Shown in pieces: positions 7,963 to 15,518 of a DNA stretch of 16,605 bases. The stretch is from Archangium sp. (GTDB lineage Bacteria; Myxococcota; Myxococcia; Myxococcales; Myxococcaceae), in assembly GCA_031367385.1 (NCBI GenBank), contig JANLPS010000041.1, positions 1 to 16,605 on the forward strand, in the 5' to 3' direction. Every line of letters starts with the position of its first letter. The stretch's first letter is position 1. The notes under the pieces were generated by a model, which saw nothing but the letters and a program-made list of their open reading frames with translations, searched no databases and was not told the DNA's origin. Position numbers and translations under genes: made by a program.

Positions 7963-9131
7963 GATTCTTCAGAAGGCGGCGTCAGCCTCGCGGCGGAGCG
8001 ACGGTCGAGATGGCGATCATGGCGATCATTCTCGTGCCGATCGTCATGTACTACCTGTTCTTGGAAGACGCGCTGTACTTCAAATTGAACGCGCAAGAGC
8101 CCGTGGTGGCAGCGCCGTTCGACATGTTGACGGTGAACTACAACATGCCGACAAAAGACGTCGGGTACTTCAACCGGCTGATCTACTGCGATCACTCCTC
8201 GGCCTATGACTCGTCGGGTGCAGGCGGCACCAAGTTCGACCCGACGTTCGACTGTCAGGGCTCACCCCCCGCGCCGCAAGAGGCCGGGGCGCACGATGAT
8301 GACGACCCGACGACGGTCTACGGGGGCAGCGACAAAGGGCATCACACTGAGCACGGCGCCCACCAGTGTTGGATCACGCCCGGTGCTGAGCAGCTGTACT
8401 GTGACGGCAGCGGCGCTGCGATGAAGGTGGGCACCAAGATTCTGCCCGGCGGCCCCTCGTCAAAGTGGCTCGACTATTACAACAAGGGTGGGCTCACGAC
8501 CTGCAGCGACCGGGTGGGGGTGATGAACTACATCATCATGACGAAGTTTTTTTCGTGGAGCGGTCGCAGCCAGAACCTGACCGGCGGCAAAGGGCCCGAG
8601 GCGTTCGGAGGCATCACGCTCAAACACAATAAGAAGTGGGCTCACGCCGACTATAAACAAGCCGATCTGACCAACTCGATTTTGATGCCGAAGCAGCGCT
8701 TGGCGATTCTGACCGACCCGTGGGCGCTCAACCACCTGGCCGAGGTGAAGCCCGACGCCGACGCTCCGAAGACGAGCTACTACAAGCCCGGCGAAGACGC
8801 CGAAGGCCAGCAAGAAAAGTCGCAAGGCAAGGGGCAGCTGAACCGCCTGAGCAACCGCGTCGGCACCTTCTACCTGTACTACGGCAACAACGCGGCAGGC
8901 GGAGGTGGTCAAGCCGCCTTCACCAGCGTGAACGACTTTTTCTCGAACGCGAAAGACGACTTTCTCACCGACAACGCGCGGCTCGATGGGTTGGGAGACG
9001 AGCCCGAGAGCGTGCCGGTGCTGTACGCGAACGAGAAGACCCGCAAAGGCAAAGAGGGCTACGCGTCAGGGTGGGCCGACAGCCGGCAGAGCAGCATGAA
9101 CCGCGCCGCCGCGTACCCGACGACCTGGTGA
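7959..9131 (+). CDS. TadE-like pseudopilin with an extended C-terminal domain, 390 aa
   Basis: MRFFRRRRQPRG|GATVEMAIMAIILVPIVMYYLFL is a class III signal with Glu at +5. ATGA overlap with the upstream stop. Confidence 0.8.
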   Translation: MRFFRRRRQPRGGATVEMAIMAIILVPIVMYYLFLEDALYFKLNAQEPVVAAPFDMLTVNYNMPTKDVGYFNRLIYCDHSSAYDSSGAGGTKFDPTFDCQGSPPAPQEAGAHDDDDPTTVYGGSDKGHHTEHGAHQCWITPGAEQLYCDGSGAAMKVGTKILPGGPSSKWLDYYNKGGLTTCSDRVGVMNYIIMTKFFSWSGRSQNLTGGKGPEAFGGITLKHNKKWAHADYKQADLTNSILMPKQRLAILTDPWALNHLAEVKPDADAPKTSYYKPGEDAEGQQEKSQGKGQLNRLSNRVGTFYLYYGNNAAGGGGQAAFTSVNDFFSNAKDDFLTDNARLDGLGDEPESVPVLYANEKTRKGKEGYASGWADSRQSSMNRAAAYPTTW

Positions 9132-9132
9132 G

Positions 9133-10041
9133 ATGGAGCCCGCGCTGCCACCGGCTCGAAGAGGCGTCTCGACGGGCGTGATCTTGCTCGTCGCCGCCGC
9201 GCTGGGGTTGGTGGGCGGTGTGGTGCTCGCCGAGGTTCGATTGATGGGCGACGCGGTGCCGGCCGAAGACGATGAGCCACTCACCGGTGAGGCCGACGAG
9301 GTGATGCCGATGGGCCGCGCGATGGCACAGGCCGACCCGATGGCGCCTGATGAAGAGACGCTCGAGGGCATCGCACCCTACCCAGGGGCGGCGCCTCGAA
9401 AGTTGACCAGTCACAGCTCGGTGAGCGGCATGCCGATGAAGGTGTCATGGTTCTCGACGCCCGACGGCCCGGCCGAGGTGTTGGCGTTTTACCAGAAGGC
9501 CTTCGTCGCTGATGACCGCATGGTGGTGACGCACCGGTTTAGCGAAAACATCGGCTACGTCGCGTGGACGGATAGAAACGACCCGCCGCCGCACGGCGAC
9601 GCCGGCGAAGACGACCCGACGCCGCCAAACCCGCTCCACATGGTGTCGGTGGTGAGGCAAGGGCGAGACACGCTGGTGTTCATCTCGAAGACCGAGCCCC
9701 ACGAGTTCTTCGCGCGGCCGTTGCGCCTGCCCAACGGTGTCTTGCTGCCACCGAGCGCCGAGCCTCCGCAAGTCATTGAGCTCGCTGAGTTTTCGCTCGA
9801 CCGGCGCACGATTTATTCGCGGGCCCGGGAGCTGAGCGTCGACGAGACCCGGCAGTTCTTCGAGCGAGAATTGACCAAGGCGCAGTGGAGCCTGGTCGAT
9901 GGGGCCGAGGAAGACCGGCGGGTGTCGATGATCGCGAAGAAGGGCACCGCGACCCAACAAATTACGTTGGTGCCCGATGGGGCACACACCCGAATCTTGA
10001 TTACGCTCGACGCACGACCTGCCCCGGAGATGTCACGGTGA
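9133..10041 (+). CDS. N-terminally membrane-anchored hypothetical protein with two related domains, 302 aa
   Basis: TM segment GVILLVAAALGLVGGVVLA, an acidic linker, then two units ending in PAEVLAFYQKAF and VDETRQFFERELTKAQW. Starts 1 nt after the upstream stop. Confidence 0.8.
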   Translation: MEPALPPARRGVSTGVILLVAAALGLVGGVVLAEVRLMGDAVPAEDDEPLTGEADEVMPMGRAMAQADPMAPDEETLEGIAPYPGAAPRKLTSHSSVSGMPMKVSWFSTPDGPAEVLAFYQKAFVADDRMVVTHRFSENIGYVAWTDRNDPPPHGDAGEDDPTPPNPLHMVSVVRQGRDTLVFISKTEPHEFFARPLRLPNGVLLPPSAEPPQVIELAEFSLDRRTIYSRARELSVDETRQFFERELTKAQWSLVDGAEEDRRVSMIAKKGTATQQITLVPDGAHTRILITLDARPAPEMSR

Positions 10042-10265
10042 AGACGACTCGAATGCTGTGTGTTCTCGTGGTGACGGCGCTGAGCGCGAGCGCCTGGGCG
10101 AGCAAGCCCAACTGCAAGGCCGAGTGCGCCGAGACCATCAAAATGTGCAAGCAGCAGTGCGCTCAAGTGAACAAAAAGAAGGGCGCCGACATCGTGAAGT
10201 TCTGCCAGACCAAGTGCGAAGACTTCAAGAAGCCGTGCGAGAAGGGCTGCGATGAAAAACGCTAA
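10038..10265 (+). CDS. small secreted cysteine-rich protein, 75 aa
   Basis: 3' part of ORF 9885..10265. GTG 10038 overlaps the upstream stop (GTGA). Signal peptide ends SASAWA; the 54 aa mature part has 8 Cys arranged as (CX3CX6CX3C)x2. Confidence 0.75.
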   Translation: MKTTRMLCVLVVTALSASAWASKPNCKAECAETIKMCKQQCAQVNKKKGADIVKFCQTKCEDFKKPCEKGCDEKR

Positions 10266-10437
10266 GCGACGGTTTCGGGCTCCGCGCGGCCAGGCGATGG
10301 TCGAGTACACCATCGTGGCGCATGCGATGTTGTTGGGCACCACGTTGGCGTTGTTGCCGATGGTGTCGAAGCTCCTCGAGGCGTTGAGCTCGTATTACGA
10401 GAGCCTGTATTTCGTGCTGAGAACCGCCGCGATTTGA
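10252..10437 (+). CDS. short Flp-like pilin or pseudopilin, 61 aa
   Basis: Basic leader, then RG|QAMVEY (Flp motif with Glu+5 and Tyr+6) and a hydrophobic helix; 48 aa mature. Overlaps the upstream gene by 14 nt. Confidence 0.75.
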   Translation: MKNAKRRFRAPRGQAMVEYTIVAHAMLLGTTLALLPMVSKLLEALSSYYESLYFVLRTAAI

Positions 10438-10456
10438 CGATATTCAATCAAGCAGC

Positions 10457-13075
10457 GTGGTGCGGGCCTTCGTCATTGCTTGTTCGATTTGGGTCGTCAT
10501 CGCGCCAGCTTCGGCGATCGCACAGAGTGATGGTGGCGCGACCGGGGTTCTGAGCCGTGCGCCGCGGGTGCTCAAGCAGGTTGAAGCGCGGTTTCCTCTC
10601 GAGCTCGTCGATGGCGGTACCGGTGGCACGGTCACGATGGAGCTCGACCTGGGCACTGATGGCGCGGTGACCGACGCGCGAGTGGTTCGCAGCGCTGGCG
10701 CGCTTTTCGACCGTGAAGCGCTCGCCGCGATTCGGCAGTTCGAGTTTTCAGCTGCCGAAGTCGATGGGGTACCGGCCGCGGTGCGAATTCAGTACTCGTA
10801 CACCTTCTTCTTTCGCGAGCAGCTGGTGACCGTTGCTCCTGACGCGGGTCTGGGGCTGGTGAACTTCGCAGGCACCATCGTCGAGCGAGGTACTCGCGAT
10901 GCGATTGCGGGGGCGCTGATCAGCGTGGGTGATGGCGATGCCGCACGAGAGACCACCTCTGATGACCAAGGGCACTTCGAGCTGACCGACGTCGCGCCAG
11001 GCACGGTGAACGTGCGGGTGGTCGCTCCCGATTCGAATGTGTATGCCGTGACTGAGACGCTCTCGGCCACCACGCGTACCGAGGTGACCTACTACGTGCG
11101 CAAGAAGGTCTACGGCACGATGGAGACGGTGGTGCGGGCGAAGAAGGAGCGCCGCGACGTGGCCGAGGTCTCGCTCAAACAAGAGGAGATTCGGCTCATC
11201 CCCGGGACGAATGGCGATGCGTTCAAGGTGGTGCAGAACCTGCCAGGCGTCGCCAGGAGCGCGTTCGGGCTCGGCTTTCTGGTGGTTCGCGGCGGCAAGC
11301 CCTTCGACACCAAGGTCTACATCGATGAAGCCGCGGTACCGGTGCTCTTTCACTTCGGAGGGCTGTTCGCGACCTACAACTCGAACCTGCTCGAGTCGCT
11401 GAGCTTTCAAGCCGGCAATTTCAATGCTGATTTCGGCCGGGCGATCGGCGGGTTGGTGAAGGCCGAAGCGCGCACTCCGTCGAAGAAGGGGTTTCACGGG
11501 TACATCGACGTCAACGTGGTCGACGCCTCGGCGCTGGTCGAGCTGCCCATCGATGAGAACTGGTCGATTGCCGCCAGTGCACGTCGAAGCTACATCGACG
11601 CGGTGTTGCCGGCGGTGCTGGGCCTGATACCCGGCGCCAATGACGCGATTCGGTTCACGGTCGCTCCTCGCTATTACGATTACCAGTTGCGGCTCGAGCG
11701 AAAGCCCAAGAGCGGGAGCACGCGGTTCTTCATCAACTTCTTCGGCTCGAATGATCAGCTGGTCGCGGCGTTGCCGAACCCCGCGGTCGACCCCGAGGGC
11801 CGTGGCACGTTCGGCACCACCATCGCGTACAACCGGTTGCTGTTCGGCCTCGACACGAAGATCTCGAACCGCGTCGCCTTTCGCACGCGAACCTCGTTCG
11901 GCATCGATTCGTTCGGGCTCACCGGCGGCACCGACTTGTTCGCGCAGAGCCGCCAGTACCCGGTGCTTAGCCGCAACACGTTCATCTTCGATGTGAGTGA
12001 GATCAACGTGCAGCTCTCGACCGGGGTCGACGCCTTCGTGCTGCCGTACTCGATTGACGTTCAGGCCCCTCCGCCGTTCAAGCTGAACCAGATACCCGAC
12101 CCGTTCGCGTCGCGGCAGCTGGTGGCCGAGAAGACCTCGGTGGTGATGGTCGAGCCCGGTGTGTTCATCGACGCGCTGTGGAAGCCGCTGAAGAACGTGC
12201 GGTTCATCGGTGGCGTGCGCGGCGACGTCAACACGCAGATGAAGAAGGGGTGGATCGACCCTCGCCTGGCGGCGTTCTGGCAGATCACCGACTCGTTGCT
12301 GATCAAGGGCGCGATCGGGCTGTATCACCAGGCGCCTGATTACCGGCAGGGCCAGCTCTCTTCGAAGTTTGGCAACCCCGACCTGCTGCCCGAGGCGGCC
12401 AGCCAATACATGATCGGCACCGAGGTGAAGTTCACCGACGCGATCACGCTCGACGCTCAGCTCTACTACAAGAACCTGTTTCACCAATCGCGGGCCACCA
12501 TCGCCTCGACCGGCGGCGACGTGTCGATCGACTCGATCGACGTGCACTACACCAGCATCGGCCGCGGCCGTTCGTTCGGCGCGGAGATCTTGCTGCGGCA
12601 CGCGCTGACCAAGAACTTCTTCGGGTGGATCTCGTACAGCCTCTCTCGCACCGAGCGCGACTATCTGGGCGGCACGCAGTACGGGCTCTCGCAGTTCGAT
12701 CAACCGCACAACCTCATCGTGGTGGCGAGCTACAAGCTGCCGTTCGATTTCATCGCAGGTGCGAAGCTGCGGTACACGTCGGGGCCGCTCAATACGCCGA
12801 GCGCCGGCGCGATCTACGACGCCAACGGCAACTACTATTTTCCCATCTTCGGAGAGCAATACAGCCGGCGCTTGCCCGACTTTTTTCAGCTCGATGTGCG
12901 CATCGACAAGCGCTTCGTCTTTCGCGATTGGATGCTGGCGCTCTACCTCGACGTGCAGAACGTGACCTATCGCAAGAACGTCGAGGCGGTGCTGAACAGC
13001 TACGATTACAAGAAGGAGGCGTATCTGACCGGGTTGCCGATTCTGCCGGTGCTGGGCGTGAGGGCTGAATGGTGA
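10457..13075 (+). CDS. TonB-dependent outer-membrane receptor with N-terminal TonB C-terminal domain and carboxypeptidase-regulatory-like domain
   Basis: Signal peptide; TonB_C-like segment (APRVLKQVEARFP...GTVTMELDLGTDGAVTDARVVRSAGALFDREALAAIRQFEF); Ig-like segment (GTIVERGTRDAIAGA...SDDQGHFELTDVAPG); plug (IPGTNGDAFKVVQNLPGV...LVVRGG); barrel motifs GNPDLLPE, FDQPH and LDVRIDK; terminal aromatic residue (GVRAEW). Confidence 0.92.
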   Translation: MVRAFVIACSIWVVIAPASAIAQSDGGATGVLSRAPRVLKQVEARFPLELVDGGTGGTVTMELDLGTDGAVTDARVVRSAGALFDREALAAIRQFEFSAAEVDGVPAAVRIQYSYTFFFREQLVTVAPDAGLGLVNFAGTIVERGTRDAIAGALISVGDGDAARETTSDDQGHFELTDVAPGTVNVRVVAPDSNVYAVTETLSATTRTEVTYYVRKKVYGTMETVVRAKKERRDVAEVSLKQEEIRLIPGTNGDAFKVVQNLPGVARSAFGLGFLVVRGGKPFDTKVYIDEAAVPVLFHFGGLFATYNSNLLESLSFQAGNFNADFGRAIGGLVKAEARTPSKKGFHGYIDVNVVDASALVELPIDENWSIAASARRSYIDAVLPAVLGLIPGANDAIRFTVAPRYYDYQLRLERKPKSGSTRFFINFFGSNDQLVAALPNPAVDPEGRGTFGTTIAYNRLLFGLDTKISNRVAFRTRTSFGIDSFGLTGGTDLFAQSRQYPVLSRNTFIFDVSEINVQLSTGVDAFVLPYSIDVQAPPPFKLNQIPDPFASRQLVAEKTSVVMVEPGVFIDALWKPLKNVRFIGGVRGDVNTQMKKGWIDPRLAAFWQITDSLLIKGAIGLYHQAPDYRQGQLSSKFGNPDLLPEAASQYMIGTEVKFTDAITLDAQLYYKNLFHQSRATIASTGGDVSIDSIDVHYTSIGRGRSFGAEILLRHALTKNFFGWISYSLSRTERDYLGGTQYGLSQFDQPHNLIVVASYKLPFDFIAGAKLRYTSGPLNTPSAGAIYDANGNYYFPIFGEQYSRRLPDFFQLDVRIDKRFVFRDWMLALYLDVQNVTYRKNVEAVLNSYDYKKEAYLTGLPILPVLGVRAEW

Positions 13076-14250
13076 AGCGACTGCTCCCCCTGCTGTGCCT
13101 GGCGATGGCCTGCGACACCGGTTTCCCCGAAGAGACGGTGGTCGACGGGTTGCGCGTACTGGGCATTCGGAGCACTCCGGCCGATTTGAAGCCGGGTGAG
13201 ACCGCGCGGCTGCAGTCGCTGATTCTCGACCCTGCGCTGGTGGGGCAACGCACGACGACGCTGTGGGTGGGGTGCGCACCTGACCCGTTCAACTTGAATC
13301 GCAGCGCGTGCTCGAACCCGGCGGTGCTCCAAGACCCCGCGTCACTCGCAGGCCAAGATGGCGGCTTGCCCGAGGGCGTGAAGATCATCGGCTTCAACGA
13401 GCAGGCGACGTACTCGACCTCGGCCGACCTGTTCGCGGCGTTGCCGCCGGGTGACCCTCGACGGTTGACGGGCACGGTGGGGCAGGTGCTGGCGATCGCC
13501 GTGGCGCAGGAGGTCTCTCCGATCGCGCCCCCTGAAGAGCTGCAGGCGTTGTTCGCGCGCGTGCAGGCGAAGCAGGTCGACTCGATCATCGCGTTGTTTC
13601 GCATTCGCATTTCAGAAGACCCGCAGCGCAATGTGAACCCGGTGTTTGGCGCGCTGACGGTCGATGGAGCAGCCTTGCCGACCGGTGCGACGCTGGCCTT
13701 GAGCCCCGGCGAGAAGCGCACGCTCGATGTCTCGGTCGCCGATGAGACGTTCGAGGCGTACGAGGCGACGACGCCGAATGGCGTGCAGCAGAAGACCGAG
13801 CGACTGTTGGCGGCGTGGTACTCGACGTCAGGGCGGTATTCTGAGAAGCGAACCGCGCTGCGCGAAGACGTGCACACCGTGTTCACCGCCCCAGGCCCGC
13901 TCAAAGACGACCCGGTGCCCGAAAAGCGAACCGGTACGGTGTACGTGACTCTGCGTGATACGCGGGGCGGCCAGAGTTGGCAGACGTACCCGATGTTCAT
14001 CTGTGACACGTCATTGCCCGAGGCGATGCCGGTGAAGGTGACCTTCGGTGAGCGGCTGGTGGTTGAAGGGCAGCACCTCGAGTCATTGCTCGACGTGGTG
14101 GTGAACGACGTGGCAGTGAAAGGCGCGTACGACGCAGCGGCTGATCGCTGGGAGGGCCCGGCGCCGGCGTTGGCTTCGGGCCGGTGGCCAGTGACCTTCT
14201 CGTCGCGACGCTGCACGCACCCGGAGCCGCTTTCGTTCACCGTGCCGTGA
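13069..14250 (+). CDS. putative lipoprotein, probable partner of the TonB-dependent receptor
   Basis: Lipobox-like LAMA|C at Cys15, followed by VDGLRVLGIRSTP and later YVTLRDTRGGQSW. Overlaps the receptor stop by 7 nt (or by 4 nt if GTG 13072 is the start). Confidence 0.78.
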   Translation: MVKRLLPLLCLAMACDTGFPEETVVDGLRVLGIRSTPADLKPGETARLQSLILDPALVGQRTTTLWVGCAPDPFNLNRSACSNPAVLQDPASLAGQDGGLPEGVKIIGFNEQATYSTSADLFAALPPGDPRRLTGTVGQVLAIAVAQEVSPIAPPEELQALFARVQAKQVDSIIALFRIRISEDPQRNVNPVFGALTVDGAALPTGATLALSPGEKRTLDVSVADETFEAYEATTPNGVQQKTERLLAAWYSTSGRYSEKRTALREDVHTVFTAPGPLKDDPVPEKRTGTVYVTLRDTRGGQSWQTYPMFICDTSLPEAMPVKVTFGERLVVEGQHLESLLDVVVNDVAVKGAYDAAADRWEGPAPALASGRWPVTFSSRRCTHPEPLSFTVP

Positions 14251-14257
14251 CGAGCGG

Positions 14258-14286
14258 TTGACCCACTGAGAACAAGCCCCTACAAG
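14258..14286 (+). promoter_or_regulatory. sigma-70-type promoter candidate for the liv genes
   Basis: TTGACC-N17-TACAAG in the intergenic gap, followed by GGGAG (14302-14306) and GTG 14314. Confidence 0.5.
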
Positions 14287-14313
14287 GCCCGAAACTTTGC
14301 CGGGAGTTCAAGC

Positions 14314-15513
14314 GTGACGCGACTTCAGTTGTTCGCTGTGAGTGCCGCATTCTCAATACTTGCGATGGGTTGCGAGAAGAAGACGGCGCCTGTTACCGAG
14401 AGCGCCAAACCAGCGACCGATGTGAAGCCCGTCGAGGGCGCCAAGCCTGCCGACACCGATGCGATCATCATTGGCGAGGTCGGCTCGCTCACCGGCAGTG
14501 AAGCGGCCTTCGGCATTTCGACTCGAAACGGCATCGAGCTCGCGATCGACGAGGTGAATGCCGCGGGTGGCGTGAAGGGCCGCAAGCTGAAGGTCATCGT
14601 GTACGACGACCAGTCGAAGCCCGAAGAAGCGGGCAGCTCGGTCGCGCGGTTGTTGGGGCAAGATCATGCGCTGATCATTCTGGGCGAAGTGGCGAGCACC
14701 AATTCGCTCGCGATGGCTCCGAAGGCGCAAGAGGCGAAGGTGCCGATGATCTCTCCGTCGTCGACCAACCCCAAGGTGACCGAGGTCGGTGATTACATTT
14801 TTCGCGTCTGCTTCATCGACCCGTTTCAGGGGTACGTGATGGCGAAGTACGCGAAAGAAGAATTGAAGTTCTCGCGCGTCGCGATCTTGACCGACAAGAA
14901 GAGCGCGTACTCCGACGGGCTCACCGAGGTGTTTCAGCGCAAGTTCGCCGAGATGGGCGGCAAGATCGTCGGCGTCGAGGCCTACTCGAAGGGTGACACC
15001 GACTTTCGCGCGCAGCTCACCAACATCAAGAAGCTGAAGGCCGAGGGGTTGTACGTGCCTGGCTATTACCAAGACGTGGCGATCATCGCCGAGCAGGCCA
15101 AAGAGCTCGGCATCAAGGTCACCATGATGGGCGGAGACGGGTGGGACAGCGCGAAGCTGTTCGAGCTCGGCGGCAGCGCGGTCGACGGCAGCTATGTCTC
15201 GAATCACTACTCGGCTGATGACCCGAGCCCGCGCGTGCAAGATTTCATCAAGCGCTACAACGAGCGGTACAAGAGCGTGCCTGATTCATTGGCGGCCCTC
15301 GGGTACGACTCGGCGCGCGTGGCGGTCGACGCGATGCAGCGGGCCAAAGAGCTCACCGGCCCGGCGATTCGCGACGAGATCGCCCAGACCAAAGACTTCC
15401 CCGGGGTGGCGGGCAACATCACGCTCGACGACAAGCGCAACCCGGTGAAGCCGGCGGTGGTGTTGAAGATCGAGGGCGGCAAGTTCAAGTACGTCGCGAC
15501 CGTGGCGCCTTAA
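14314..15513 (+). CDS. livK: branched-chain amino acid ABC transporter substrate-binding lipoprotein (LivJ/LivK family)
   Basis: Lipobox LAMG|C; IIIGEVGSLTGSEAAFG, GIELAIDEVNAAGGVKG, YDDQSKPE, PMISPSST, YIFRVCFID, GGDGWDS and FPGVAGNITLD. Confidence 0.93.
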   Translation: MTRLQLFAVSAAFSILAMGCEKKTAPVTESAKPATDVKPVEGAKPADTDAIIIGEVGSLTGSEAAFGISTRNGIELAIDEVNAAGGVKGRKLKVIVYDDQSKPEEAGSSVARLLGQDHALIILGEVASTNSLAMAPKAQEAKVPMISPSSTNPKVTEVGDYIFRVCFIDPFQGYVMAKYAKEELKFSRVAILTDKKSAYSDGLTEVFQRKFAEMGGKIVGVEAYSKGDTDFRAQLTNIKKLKAEGLYVPGYYQDVAIIAEQAKELGIKVTMMGGDGWDSAKLFELGGSAVDGSYVSNHYSADDPSPRVQDFIKRYNERYKSVPDSLAALGYDSARVAVDAMQRAKELTGPAIRDEIAQTKDFPGVAGNITLDDKRNPVKPAVVLKIEGGKFKYVATVAP

Positions 15514-15518
15514 AAGAA

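Noticed and set aside
10748..13279. 843 aa minus-strand ORF
   Set aside because: Antisense shadow of the TonB-dependent receptor. It is Arg/His/Val-rich with no motifs, as expected from high-GC codon bias.
12789..14240. 483 aa minus-strand ORF, and similar antisense ORFs over cysE, fadL, livK and livH
   Set aside because: Shadows of well-supported plus-strand genes, with no recognisable motifs.
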